From NCBI GenBank assembly GCA_035649595.1, contig DASRJG010000082.1, forward strand, positions 10,141-74,140: a stretch of DNA of 64,000 nt, written 5' to 3'. The stretch is from Candidatus Polarisedimenticolaceae bacterium (GTDB lineage Bacteria > Acidobacteriota > Polarisedimenticolia > Polarisedimenticolales > DASRJG01). Below, piece after piece: positions 1 through 9,766 of the stretch. The notes below the pieces were generated by a model, which was given only the letters and a program-made list of their open reading frames with translations, did no database searches and was not told where the DNA came from. Every line of letters starts with the position of its first letter. Positions within the stretch are counted from its first letter, which is position 1. The position numbers were made by a program, and so were the translations under genes.

Positions 1-101
1 CCAAGCCCTTCGGGGTGGACGAGCTGGTCCGGCGCGTCGGCCGGATCCTCCATCCCGGCGGCACGCTCGGTCCCGCGGTCCCCACCGCCTCCCCTCGGTG
101 A
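1..101 (+). CDS. Response regulator, C-terminal fragment (5' end outside window)
   Basis: Frame 3 reads KPFGVDELVRRVGRIL..., the typical end of a receiver domain (KPF..eL..rv). The TGA stop at 99-101 overlaps the next GTG (GTGA). Confidence 0.45.
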   Translation, partial: KPFGVDELVRRVGRILHPGGTLGPAVPTASPR

Positions 102-1420
102 GCCCCATGGACACGCGACGGCCCGACGACGCCCTCGACCACTTCCGCACCGGATACCTGAAGCTTCGCAGCGCGCTCCACGATCGCGCGACGCGCACCC
201 CCGCCTACCCGCTCCTGTTCGACGAGCTGCGGGCGCAGCTTGAGCGCCGGCGGAGGATCGGCGTCGTGCACGTCGAGCCCGCCAACATCGACCTCGTCGA
301 GTCGCTCTACGGATGGCAGGCGTTCGACCGGACGATGGCGGGACTCGCCGCCGTCGTCGGCACGCTCCGCGGCGAGGAGCTCCCCGAAGGCGCGCTCGTC
401 TCGGTGGGGAGCGTTCCCGCGGACCGATTCGTCCTGTTCGTCCCGGCCGGCCACGACGGCGAGGAGCTGACGCACGAGGCGCTCGCCGCGCTCGCCGCCG
501 CGGTGAAGGTCCGTCTCGAGTCGGCGTCGGACGACGAGCCGTTCGCGACGCTGACCCCCCGGCTCTCGGTCAAGGTCGGCTGGTCGTTCCTGTCGGAGGA
601 CCCGTTCTACCGCTTCGAGCGGCGCGTCCACGCCGCGGTCGAGGAGGCGCGGTCGCTTCCCGACCGCCGCGCGCAGGAGCGGGACCGCGTCTGGGGGGCC
701 GAGCTGAAGCAGATCATCACGGAGGCCCGGATCCGCACCCTGTGGCAGCCGGTCGTCGAGCTGGACTCGGGCTCGGTCTTCGGTTTCGAGGCGTTCTCCC
801 GGGGGCCGCGGGACAGCATGTTCGAGATGCCGCGGGCGATGTTCGCGCTGTCCGACCGGGTCGGCGCGGCGGGGGACCTCGACCGGCTCTGCCGGTCGGC
901 CGCGCTGAGGGAGGGGGCGGAGGTCGCCGCCCGGCGCAAGCTGTTCGTCAACGTCCTCCCGTCCACCCTCGGCGGATCGGAGTGGCAGTCGGGGGCGGTC
1001 CAGGACCTCCTCACGTCGTCGGGACGCGCCCCCGAGGACGTGGTGATCGAGGTCTCGGAGCGGGCGGTCGGCGCGGAGGCCGAGTCGCTCGCCGAACCGT
1101 CCGCGATGCTGCGGCTCCTGGGATTCGGACTCGCGCTGGACGACGTCGGCACCGGCCGCGACGGGGGAGAGGCGCTGGAGCGCCTGCGGCCCGACTACCT
1201 GAAGGTGGATCCGTCGGTGGTCCGCGGGATCGACGGGAACCTCGTCAAGCAGGAGATCTTCGCCACCCTCGCGCGACAGGGATCGGCGATCGGCGCCGCG
1301 ATGGTGGGCGTCGGCGTCGAATCGGTCGAGGAGGCGGAGACGCTCCGCCGCCTGGGCGCCCGGTACGCGCAGGGGTACCACTTCGCCGGCCCCGCGCCCC
1401 GCGAGCGGTGGACGTCGTGA
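98..1420 (+). CDS. Degenerate GGDEF-like / EAL domain protein (c-di-GMP phosphodiesterase type)
   Basis: EAL-type motifs: QPVVELDSGSVFGFEAFSRGP, LALDDVGTG, DYLKVD, AQGYHF. The N-terminal half has PADRFVLFV where GGDEF would sit. Confidence 0.8.
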   Translation: MSPMDTRRPDDALDHFRTGYLKLRSALHDRATRTPAYPLLFDELRAQLERRRRIGVVHVEPANIDLVESLYGWQAFDRTMAGLAAVVGTLRGEELPEGALVSVGSVPADRFVLFVPAGHDGEELTHEALAALAAAVKVRLESASDDEPFATLTPRLSVKVGWSFLSEDPFYRFERRVHAAVEEARSLPDRRAQERDRVWGAELKQIITEARIRTLWQPVVELDSGSVFGFEAFSRGPRDSMFEMPRAMFALSDRVGAAGDLDRLCRSAALREGAEVAARRKLFVNVLPSTLGGSEWQSGAVQDLLTSSGRAPEDVVIEVSERAVGAEAESLAEPSAMLRLLGFGLALDDVGTGRDGGEALERLRPDYLKVDPSVVRGIDGNLVKQEIFATLARQGSAIGAAMVGVGVESVEEAETLRRLGARYAQGYHFAGPAPRERWTS

Positions 1421-3834
1421 CCCTCGCCGCGGTGCTCGACGACCCCGCCGCGCTCGCCGCCGTCGCGCTCTCCGGGATCGTGCTCGTCGCGTTGATCGCG
1501 GCGGGGATCCTGATCGTGGTGGCGCGGCGGAGCCGGCGCAGGGAGGTCTTCGCGGTCGTCAAGCTGCTCGAGGAGATGCGCGCCGGCCGCCCGCGGAGCC
1601 GCCTCGACCTCGACCCGCGCTCGCCGTTCGCGACGATCGCGGAGTCGGCGAACCGGCTCGGCCAGGACCTCGCCGTCCGATGGTCGCGCGCCGAGTCGGC
1701 GGACGAGGGGTTCCACGCGCTCCAGGACGCCGCGCGCGGGTACGCCGTGATCACGACCGACACCGACGGCGACCTCCGCGGGTTCTCGGTCGGCGCCTCC
1801 GCCTTGTTCGGCTGGGAGGAAGATGCGGTCGTCGGCCGCAACGCGTCGATCCTCTTCGACGACGCCTCCTGGAAGGATCTCCTCCCGAAGCTCGCGCGGA
1901 AGAGCCTCCGGGAGCGCGGCGTCGAGACCCGGGCGCTGATGGCGCGCCGGGACGGGAGCACGTTCCACGCGCGGCTGACGGTCCGCCTGCTTCGCGGCAG
2001 CGGCGTGAACGACACCGGCTTCCTGATCATCGTGCAGGACGTCTCGGAGCAGGTCCGCGTCGAGGGGGAGCTGCGGGCCGCCGAGTCCCGCGCCCGGAGC
2101 ATGCTCGACGAGCTCCCCGGTGGGGTGGCGCTCGTCCAGGGAGGACGGATCGTCTACGCGAACCCCGCGCTGCGCGAGATGCTCGCGCTCGACGAGCGGG
2201 AGGCCGCGGGGCTGCTGCTGCGCGACCGGGTCGCGACGCGCGATCTCCTCGTCGTGCAGGAGGCGCTGACCCGGCTCGAGTCGGGAGCCGCCGGCGAGAC
2301 GGCGGAGGCGTCGATCACGCTGACCGGAACGGACGGCCGCGAGAGCCGGGACGTCCGGCTCGGGGGAACGGCGTTTACACTCGACGGCCGTCCCGCGGCC
2401 CTCGTGGTCCTGCGGGACGAGGGGCGCGAGCGCCGGCTCGCGCGCGACCTCGCGGCGGAGAACGGACGGCTCGACGCCGTGATCGAGTCATGGGAGGACG
2501 GCGTGGTCCTGATCGAGGGCGACCCCGACGCCGCCCGCGTGCGCCTGGTCAATCGCGCCTTCCTCGAGGCCTTCGGTCTCGATTCCGACGACGTCGCCGG
2601 CGTGACGGAGGGGGACCTCCTTCGCGCCCTGCGCAACCGCGGGGACGACGGCGCGGCGGCGGCCGCCTGCCTCGCGGCGGCCGGAGGCGGCCCCGCGCGG
2701 GACCTCGTCGAAGCCGGCGGGCGATCCCTCGCGTTCGCGGCCGCGCCCGTCGCCGCCGCCGACGGCGGGGCCGCCGGGCGGATGCTCGTCGTGCGGGACG
2801 TGTCCGAGATGCAGGCGACGGTCCGGGAGCGCACGGCCGAGGCGCTGCTCTGGAAGCGCCGCCACGAGGCGACGGAGGCCTCCCACGCGAAGCTCCGCAC
2901 GCTCCACCAGGAGCTGACCGCCCGCCGCGTCGAGGCGGAGCGGCTGAACCAGGAGCTGCGGACGCTCGACACGATGAAGTCCGACCTCCTCGCGAACGTC
3001 AGCCACGAGCTGCAGACGCCGCTCGTGTCGATCCGCGGCTACACCGAGATGATCGCCAAGGGGCGGCTCGGCCCCGTCAACGACGAGCAGAAGCGCGGCC
3101 TCGCCCTCTCGCTGAAGAACATCGACCGCCTGATCGCGATGATCGACAACCTGCTCGCCTTCGCGCGGATGGACCGCGAGACGCCGGGAATGAAGATCGG
3201 CACCTTCGCGCTGGTCGGCGTGGTGGACGAGGCGCTCGCCCTGCTGGGAGACCGGCTCGAGGCGAAGGGGATCACCGCCTCGCAGCGCTTCGAGGACCCG
3301 GCGCTCGCGATCCGCGGCGACCGGGACAAGATCCTGCAGGTCTTCCTCAACCTCCTCTCGAACGCGGTGAAGTTCAACCGCGAGCGCGGGACGATCCAGA
3401 TCGAAGCGCGCCGCGCGAAGCCAGGGTTCGCCCTGGTCAGCGTGACCGACTCGGGGCGGGGGATTCCGAGGGAGGACCTCGAGCGCGTGTTCGAGCGGTT
3501 CTACCAGACGGGGACCACGCGGGAGGAAGCCCCGGAGGGGACCGGCATCGGGCTCGCGATCGTCCGCAACATCCTCCGCCTCCACGGGTGCGTGATCCAC
3601 GCGACGAGCGAGGTCGGCCGCGGCTCGACCTTCTCGTTCACCCTCCCGCTCGCGGGAGAGCGGACCGAGGCGCGCGAAGCGCCCGCGCCGCCGGCTCCCG
3701 CGTCGCCGCCCCCGCCGCCCCCCGCTCGCGAGCCGCAAGCGGAGCGAGGGGCCGTGCGCGAGCGCCGACCGGAAGCCAAGCGCCCGCCCCAGGAAGACCG
3801 GCCGCGCCTCCGGATCATCCGCCGCGGAAGCTAG
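1417..3834 (+). CDS. PAS-domain sensor histidine kinase
   Basis: One N-terminal TM helix, several PAS-like segments and a coiled coil. H-box SHELQTPLVSIRGYTEM and HATPase motifs (NLLSNAVKF, DSGRGIP, GTGIGLAIV). The GTG at 1417 overlaps the EAL stop; the ORF-track extension back to 313 is a run-on. Confidence 0.9.
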   Translation: MTLAAVLDDPAALAAVALSGIVLVALIAAGILIVVARRSRRREVFAVVKLLEEMRAGRPRSRLDLDPRSPFATIAESANRLGQDLAVRWSRAESADEGFHALQDAARGYAVITTDTDGDLRGFSVGASALFGWEEDAVVGRNASILFDDASWKDLLPKLARKSLRERGVETRALMARRDGSTFHARLTVRLLRGSGVNDTGFLIIVQDVSEQVRVEGELRAAESRARSMLDELPGGVALVQGGRIVYANPALREMLALDEREAAGLLLRDRVATRDLLVVQEALTRLESGAAGETAEASITLTGTDGRESRDVRLGGTAFTLDGRPAALVVLRDEGRERRLARDLAAENGRLDAVIESWEDGVVLIEGDPDAARVRLVNRAFLEAFGLDSDDVAGVTEGDLLRALRNRGDDGAAAAACLAAAGGGPARDLVEAGGRSLAFAAAPVAAADGGAAGRMLVVRDVSEMQATVRERTAEALLWKRRHEATEASHAKLRTLHQELTARRVEAERLNQELRTLDTMKSDLLANVSHELQTPLVSIRGYTEMIAKGRLGPVNDEQKRGLALSLKNIDRLIAMIDNLLAFARMDRETPGMKIGTFALVGVVDEALALLGDRLEAKGITASQRFEDPALAIRGDRDKILQVFLNLLSNAVKFNRERGTIQIEARRAKPGFALVSVTDSGRGIPREDLERVFERFYQTGTTREEAPEGTGIGLAIVRNILRLHGCVIHATSEVGRGSTFSFTLPLAGERTEAREAPAPPAPASPPPPPPAREPQAERGAVRERRPEAKRPPQEDRPRLRIIRRGS

Positions 3835-4625
3835 CGGCGCTGTCGCGCCGCCTCGAACAAGAGCACCGCCCCCGCGGCGTTGACCGACAGGCTCTCCACC
3901 CTCTTCGCCATCGGAATCGCGACACGCGCCCCGATCCTCGCGACGGCCGAGCGCGGAAGCCCGGCCCCCTCTCCACCGAGCAGGAGGGCGACCGGCGGCC
4001 GCCAGTCGAAGGCGTCGTAGGCGACCCCGTCGCGCGGCGCGGCGCCCACGATCCTGATCTCCAGCCCTCCGATCCGGTCGAGCGCCTCGTTGAGGTCCGC
4101 CTCGGCGGCGCGAAGCCTGAAGATCGCTCCCATGCTCGCCCGGACGGCCCTGGGATGCGTCAGCGACACTCCCCCCGCGACGGCGAGGAACCCGGTCGCG
4201 CCGGCGGCGTCCGCGGAGCGGAGAAGGGCGCCGAGGTTTCCCGGATCCTGGACGCCGCAGGCGACCAGGCACAGCGCCGGCGCGCCTCCCCCCGGGACCA
4301 CCTCCCCCAGGGCCGGCGCGGCCCGCCGAACGATGACGGCAATCGGCTGCGGTGTCCGGGCGTCGGTCAGCGTCCGCAGCTCCTCGTCGGAGGTCTCGAG
4401 CGTGGCCACCCGGGCCGCCGCGATCCGCCGCGCCAGGTCCCGCCCCTCGATCGTCTCGAGCAGGCGGGGGGAGGCCACCGCCCCCTCGATCGCCGCGCCG
4501 GCGGCGAGCGCCTCCTGGGCGAGGTGGACCCCCTCCGCGACGAGCACCCCCTCGGCGTCGCGCAGGGCCCGGTCCCCCCGGAGGGCCTTGAGACGGCGCG
4601 CGAGCGGGTGGTTTCGCGAGGGCAC
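3831..4625 (-). CDS. TrmH/SpoU-family RNA 2'-O-methyltransferase
   Basis: N-terminal substrate-binding-like segment (NHPLARRLKALR) and SpoU-type motifs (VQDPGNLGALLRSADAAG, LLLGGEGAGLP, IPMAKRVESLSVNAAGAV). GTG start at 4625. Confidence 0.75.
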   Translation of the reverse strand: MPSRNHPLARRLKALRGDRALRDAEGVLVAEGVHLAQEALAAGAAIEGAVASPRLLETIEGRDLARRIAAARVATLETSDEELRTLTDARTPQPIAVIVRRAAPALGEVVPGGGAPALCLVACGVQDPGNLGALLRSADAAGATGFLAVAGGVSLTHPRAVRASMGAIFRLRAAEADLNEALDRIGGLEIRIVGAAPRDGVAYDAFDWRPPVALLLGGEGAGLPRSAVARIGARVAIPMAKRVESLSVNAAGAVLLFEAARQRR

Positions 4626-4661
4626 GCGCCATCATCTCAGACCGTCACCGTCCCCACGCCG

Positions 4662-4667
4662 TATAAT
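4662..4667 (+). promoter_or_regulatory. Putative -10 box (TATAAT) for rnpB
   Basis: Perfect TATAAT lies 7 nt upstream of the first nucleotide of the RNase P RNA P1 stem (4674). No convincing -35 box. Confidence 0.5.
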
Positions 4668-4673
4668 CCTTCG

Positions 4674-5097
<424 letters not shown>

Positions 5098-5145
5098 GCC
5101 CGTCTCCGCCGGACCTGGGTGGCCGGTTCCGGTGGAGTCGGATTT

Positions 5146-5345
5146 CCACGGTGGCCGCAAGCTTGTTGATGGTCGCGACCACCGGAATCCGGAAAAGCGT
5201 CGGGTCCTTATCGTTCGTGCCTCGCGCGGTGCAGGCGCCGAGCACGGCGGGAGCGACACCCGGCGCCAACGATGGATTGTTCACACCCGACGCTTTTCGA
5301 GCGCCGGAGCGCCCGGTTCCATCAACAAGCTTGCGGCCACCGTGG
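5146..5345. repeat. Perfect 27-bp inverted repeat enclosing a nested, rod-like 200-nt structure (candidate structured RNA or MITE-like element)
   Basis: 5146-5172 (ccacggtggccgcaagcttgttgatgg) is the exact reverse complement of 5319-5345. Inner complementary pairs are 5192-5205/5285-5298 (14 bp), 5210-5215/5268-5273, 5224-5231/5257-5266 and 5236-5240/5245-5249. Confidence 0.9.
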
Positions 5346-6265
5346 TGAGGGAGCTGCTGCGGCGAGGCGACCGCGTCGGGGTGGTCGCGCCGGGCTTCGC
5401 CCCCCAACCCGACGCGCTCGACGCCGGGCTCGCCGCCCTGAGGAAGCGGGGGTTTCAGGTCGAGGAGGGAACCCATCTCCGTGAGGTGGAGGGCTATCTC
5501 GCCGGGGACGATCGCGCTCGGGCGGCGGACCTGGACGCGGCGATCGCGAGCGAGAGCCTGAACGGGATCTGGTTCGCCCGCGGCGGCTACGGCACCGCGC
5601 GGCTCCTCGACCGGATCGATCTCCGGCGGCTCGCGCGGCGACCGAAGCTCCTGCTCGGCTACAGCGACGTGTCCGCGCTCGCCGCGGCGCTCCTCGCGCG
5701 CGCTCCCGCGCTGTGCCTCCATGCGCCGATGGTGACGGAGCTCTCGCGGCGGGAGGCGTTCCACGCCCCGTCGCTCGCCGCGATGCTCGCGGGGCGCACG
5801 GTCACGCGCAAGCTCGGCGCGCGGGACGTCCTGCGGAAGGGGCGGGCGCGCGGCCGCCTTATGGGCGGCAATCTCTGCGTGCTCACGCACCTCCTCGGAA
5901 CGCCGTTCATGCCGTCGCTCCGCGGCGCGGTCCTCTTCCTGGAGGATGCGGGGGAGGAGGCGTACCGCGTCGACCGCATGCTGCAGCACCTTCGGATGTC
6001 GGGCGCTCTTCGCGGCGTCGCGGCGGTTCTCGTCGGCCAGCTCCTCGTGCCGGAGACGCGCCGCGCCTACCCGGGAGACCGGGACGTCGCCGACGTGCTC
6101 CGAGAGCATCTCCTCCCGCTGGACGTCCCCGTCGTCACGGGGCTCCCCGTCGGGCACGGGGCGGGGAAGTGGACGATCCCGATCGGCGGGCGCGCGACCG
6201 TCGATACGTCGCGGCGGGCGATCGCCTTCGACCCCGTGCCTCAGCCCGTCCCCGCGCGGCGCTAG
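5342..6265 (+). CDS. ldcA: LD-carboxypeptidase (peptidase S66, muramoyltetrapeptide carboxypeptidase)
   Basis: GDRVGVVAPGF start, GYSDVSAL nucleophile motif, and PVVTGLPVGHG near the C-terminus. GTG start at 5342/5345 chosen; the ORF-track start at 5132 reads through the inverted repeat. Confidence 0.8.
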   Translation: MVRELLRRGDRVGVVAPGFAPQPDALDAGLAALRKRGFQVEEGTHLREVEGYLAGDDRARAADLDAAIASESLNGIWFARGGYGTARLLDRIDLRRLARRPKLLLGYSDVSALAAALLARAPALCLHAPMVTELSRREAFHAPSLAAMLAGRTVTRKLGARDVLRKGRARGRLMGGNLCVLTHLLGTPFMPSLRGAVLFLEDAGEEAYRVDRMLQHLRMSGALRGVAAVLVGQLLVPETRRAYPGDRDVADVLREHLLPLDVPVVTGLPVGHGAGKWTIPIGGRATVDTSRRAIAFDPVPQPVPARR

Positions 6266-6268
6266 TCC

Positions 6269-7066
6269 ATGGAGCGGCGCGTCCGCATCGATCTCGCGTA
6301 CGACGGCACCGCGTACGCGGGGTGGCAGGTCCAGCCCGGGCTCGCGACGGTCCAGGGAACGCTCGAGGGGGCCCTCGGCCGGCTCCACGGCGGCGCCGCC
6401 GTGCGCGCGCGCGGGGCGGGGCGGACCGATGCGGGGGTGCACGCTCGCGGACAGGCGGCCGACGCGGCCGTCGCGGTGCGCGCCGACGACGCCGCGCTGC
6501 TCGCCGCGCTGTCGGGCCTCCTCCCCGACGCGATCCGTCCGCGGCGCGTGCTCACGGTCGATCCGGGGTTCCACGCGCGGCGCCGGGCGCGCGCGAAGAC
6601 CTACCGCTACCTCGTGGACACGTCGCCGCACGGCGACCCGTGGCTCGCGCGATTCGCGCTCGCGTCCCCCGGCGCGATGGACGAAGGCGCCGTGGACGAG
6701 GCGCTCGCGAAGCTCCCCGGCCGGCGCGACTGGTCCGGGTTCACCGGAGCGGCGTGCGAGGTGACCGACCGGGTCCGCACGATGACCGAGGCGCGCCGCG
6801 TCGTGACCCGCCCCGGGCTCGTCGCGTTCGTCTTCTCCGCCGACGGGTTCCTCACCCACATGGTGCGTAACCTCGTCGGGACGCTCCTCGACATCGGGCG
6901 CGGACGGTTCGCCCCCGACCTGGTGGACGAGGTCCTCGCGAGCGGCGACCGGACGCGCGCCGGGGCGACCGCGCCCGCGAAGGGGCTCGCGCTCCTGCGC
7001 GTGGCGTACGACGACGCCGACGGCGGAGACAGCGGGGATCCCGGGGACTCCGGGGCGCTCTGGTAA
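6269..7066 (+). CDS. truA: tRNA pseudouridine(38-40) synthase
   Basis: RIDLAYDGTAYAGWQVQPG and the catalytic GRTDAGVHARGQ motif. Confidence 0.9.
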   Translation: MERRVRIDLAYDGTAYAGWQVQPGLATVQGTLEGALGRLHGGAAVRARGAGRTDAGVHARGQAADAAVAVRADDAALLAALSGLLPDAIRPRRVLTVDPGFHARRRARAKTYRYLVDTSPHGDPWLARFALASPGAMDEGAVDEALAKLPGRRDWSGFTGAACEVTDRVRTMTEARRVVTRPGLVAFVFSADGFLTHMVRNLVGTLLDIGRGRFAPDLVDEVLASGDRTRAGATAPAKGLALLRVAYDDADGGDSGDPGDSGALW

Positions 7067-7067
7067 C

Positions 7068-8075
7068 ATGCCGCCGATGGCACGCGTCCTCGTCACCGGC
7101 GGCGCCGGGTACGTCGGAAGCCACGTTGTCCGCCGGCTCGTCGAGACCGGAAGCGAGGTGCTCGTCCTCGACGACCTCTCGTTCGGGCATCGCTCGGCGG
7201 TCTCGCGGGACCCCTTCGTCGAAGGGGACTTCGGCGACGCCGCGGTCCTCGACGGGATCTTCACGGATCGGGGGGTCGACTCGGTCGTGCACATGGCGGG
7301 GAGCTGCCTCGTCGGCGAGTCGATGGCCGAGCCGGCGAACTACTACTCCAACAACGTGACGAAGACGCTCACCCTCCTCGACGCCATGCGGCGGCACGGC
7401 GTCCCGGTCATTGTGTTCTCGTCGAGCGCCGCGGTCTACGGCGAGCCGCAGGACGTGCCGATCCGCGAGGAGCATCCCTGCAACCCCTCGAACCCCTACG
7501 GCGAGACCAAGCTGGCCGTCGAGCGGATCCTCGGCTGGTATCGCCGCGCCTACGGGATCCGCTACGCCGCGCTCCGCTACTTCAACGCCGCCGGCGCGCA
7601 CGAGAGCGGGGAGATCGGGGAAGACCACGGCGCGCGCGAGTCGCACCTGATCCCGAGGCTCCTGCGCTCGATTCTCGACGGCGGGCCCCCGACGCCGATC
7701 ATGGGGGAGGACTATCCGACGAGCGACGGCACCTGCATCCGCGACTACGTGCACGTGATGGACCTCGCCGACGCGCACGTCGCCGCGCTCGGGTCGCTCG
7801 CGCGCGGCACGCTGGAGGCGGGCTCGTTCAACCTCGGGAACGGCGAGGGGTTCTCCGTGCGCGAGGTCGTCGCCACCGTCGCGAAGGTCACGGGGTCGAT
7901 GCCGCCGACCGAGCGCGCCCCGCGCCGGCCGGGGGACCCTCCGATTCTCGTCGCCTCGGCGGAGCGCGCCGTCCGCCGGCTGGACTGGACGCGCAAGCGG
8001 CCCTCTCTCGAGACGATCGTGCAGAGCGCATGGACCTGGCACAGCCGCCATCCGAAGGGGTACAAGGACCGCTAG
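7068..8075 (+). CDS. galE: UDP-glucose 4-epimerase
   Basis: VLVTGGAGYVGSH Rossmann motif, SSSAAVYG, and YGETK (YxxxK). Length about 330 aa. The alternative ATG at 7077 is equally possible. Confidence 0.9.
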   Translation: MPPMARVLVTGGAGYVGSHVVRRLVETGSEVLVLDDLSFGHRSAVSRDPFVEGDFGDAAVLDGIFTDRGVDSVVHMAGSCLVGESMAEPANYYSNNVTKTLTLLDAMRRHGVPVIVFSSSAAVYGEPQDVPIREEHPCNPSNPYGETKLAVERILGWYRRAYGIRYAALRYFNAAGAHESGEIGEDHGARESHLIPRLLRSILDGGPPTPIMGEDYPTSDGTCIRDYVHVMDLADAHVAALGSLARGTLEAGSFNLGNGEGFSVREVVATVAKVTGSMPPTERAPRRPGDPPILVASAERAVRRLDWTRKRPSLETIVQSAWTWHSRHPKGYKDR

Positions 8076-8153
8076 GAACGGCTGTTGCTCCCCCTCGGGA
8101 TCAGGCATTAAGATTCACCCGCGCTTCAACTTCTTTTTCCACGGCGAGGGCGG

Positions 8154-8957
8154 ATGGCGGACCCGGTTCGAACGACGTCGACCGGCAGCGAAGAAGCGGA
8201 CGAGCTGCACAAGCGGCTCGACCCCGAGCGAATCCCCCGCCACGTCGCCGTGATCATGGACGGGAACGGCCGCTGGGCGCGCAAGCGCCGGCTCCCGCGG
8301 GTCGCCGGGCATCGCGCGGGGATCGACGCGGTCCGCGAGCTGGTCGAGACCTGCGGGCGCCTCGACGTCTCCGTCCTCACCGTGTACGCGTTCTCCAAGG
8401 AGAACTGGAAGCGCCCCAAGGCCGAGATCGACTTCCTGATGGACCTCCTCCGGGAGTACATCCGGAAGGAGCTGGACGAGCTCCACGCCAACGGGGTGCG
8501 GGTCCAGGTCGTCGGGCGGGCCCACGAGCTGCCGCTGATCGTGCAGGACGAGCTGTCCCGCGCGATCGATGCGACCCGGGAGAACACCGGGCTCGTCTTC
8601 AACATCGCCCTCTCCTACGGCGGACGGGCCGAGATCGTGGACGCCTGCCGCGAGCTGATCCGGGACGGCGTGCGGCCGGAGGAGATCGACGAGGCGAGCT
8701 TCGCGCGCCGCCTCTACACGGCGGACCAGCCGGACCCCGATCTCGTCATCCGCACCGGCGGCGAGATGCGCGTGTCGAACTTCCTCCTGTGGCAGATCGC
8801 CTACGCCGAGCTCGTGGTCAGCGACGTGCTCTGGCCGGACTTCAGGAAACGCGATCTCTTCCGGGCGCTCCTGGAGTATCAGCGCCGTGAACGCCGCTTC
8901 GGCGGGTTGTCGCCGCGCGAAGCGGTCGAGGGCTCCCCCGCGCTCGTGCAGGGATGA
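8154..8957 (+). CDS. uppS: Isoprenyl transferase (undecaprenyl-diphosphate synthase)
   Basis: HVAVIMDGNGRWA, AFSKENWKRP and RTGGEMRVSNFLLWQ motifs. Confidence 0.93.
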   Translation: MADPVRTTSTGSEEADELHKRLDPERIPRHVAVIMDGNGRWARKRRLPRVAGHRAGIDAVRELVETCGRLDVSVLTVYAFSKENWKRPKAEIDFLMDLLREYIRKELDELHANGVRVQVVGRAHELPLIVQDELSRAIDATRENTGLVFNIALSYGGRAEIVDACRELIRDGVRPEEIDEASFARRLYTADQPDPDLVIRTGGEMRVSNFLLWQIAYAELVVSDVLWPDFRKRDLFRALLEYQRRERRFGGLSPREAVEGSPALVQG

Positions 8958-9766
8958 AGCGGATCGTCACCGCGGCGATCCTGGGCCTGCCCGCCTGGTA
9001 CGTCTGCAAGCGAGCGCCGTTCCCCCTGTTCGTGGTGGCGGTCCTCGTCGTCGCCTCGATGGCGGCCTGGGAGTGCGCCGGGATCCTCGAGCGGCGCGGC
9101 TGGCGTCCCTTCCCGCTCCTCGCCGTCGCGGGGTGCGTCGCGCTCGTCTGGGGGTTCGCGGGGCTGCCCCCCCGGCTCGGAGCGATCTCGGCCCTGACCG
9201 CGCTCGCGCTCGCCGCCCCGGCGCTCGCGATGCTGCGGCGCGACGAGCCCGCCGCGATGCTCGACGCCGCGGTCGGATCGACCTTCCCGGTCCTCTTCGT
9301 CGGCCTCCCGCTCGCGTTCACGGTCGCGCTCCGCGCCGTCCCGGGGGAGGACGGTCCCGATCTCCTCCTGCTCGCCCTCCTGTGCGTCGTGTTCGCGGAC
9401 ACGGCGGCCTATTACGTCGGCTCGGCGCTCGGGTCCCATCCGATGGCTCCGACGATCTCGCCGAAGAAGAGCTGGGAGGGGGCGGCCGGGGGGATCGGCG
9501 GCGGGATCGTCGCCGGGCTGCTCGCCCACTTCTGGTTCTTCCAGCGCCTCCCCCTCGTGCACGCGGTGGTGCTCGGCGCGGTCCTCGCCGTCGCCGGGAT
9601 GGCCGGGGACCTGGCGGAAAGCATGCTGAAGCGCGCCGGGAGCGTGAAGGACTCCTCGACTCTCCTACCGGGGCACGGCGGGCTGCTCGACCGGGTGGAC
9701 AGCCTGCTGGTCGCGGCCCCCATCCTCTACTATTACTGGCGGGTGCTCCTGGCCGGGACTTTATAG
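8954..9766 (+). CDS. cdsA: Phosphatidate cytidylyltransferase
   Basis: Multi-TM protein with the SPKKSWEGAAGG and KDSSTLLPGHGGLLDRVDS signature. Its ATG overlaps the uppS stop (ATGA). Confidence 0.85.
   Translation: MKRIVTAAILGLPAWYVCKRAPFPLFVVAVLVVASMAAWECAGILERRGWRPFPLLAVAGCVALVWGFAGLPPRLGAISALTALALAAPALAMLRRDEPAAMLDAAVGSTFPVLFVGLPLAFTVALRAVPGEDGPDLLLLALLCVVFADTAAYYVGSALGSHPMAPTISPKKSWEGAAGGIGGGIVAGLLAHFWFFQRLPLVHAVVLGAVLAVAGMAGDLAESMLKRAGSVKDSSTLLPGHGGLLDRVDSLLVAAPILYYYWRVLLAGTL

Noticed and set aside
313-1416. The N-terminal 368 codons of the 1173-aa ORF-track entry 313..3834
   Set aside because: This part is an Arg/Gly/Pro-rich out-of-frame read across the EAL gene, typical of high-G+C DNA. 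The recognisable kinase begins with a TM helix at the GTG at 1417, which overlaps the EAL stop.
5132-5341. The 70-codon N-terminal extension of the ldcA ORF (ORF-track start 5132)
   Set aside because: It is translated from the inverted-repeat structure, and both arms give mirror peptides (GGRKLVDG and INKLAAT). LD-carboxypeptidases start shortly before the GD.VGVVAP motif, so the GTG at 5342/5345 is preferred.
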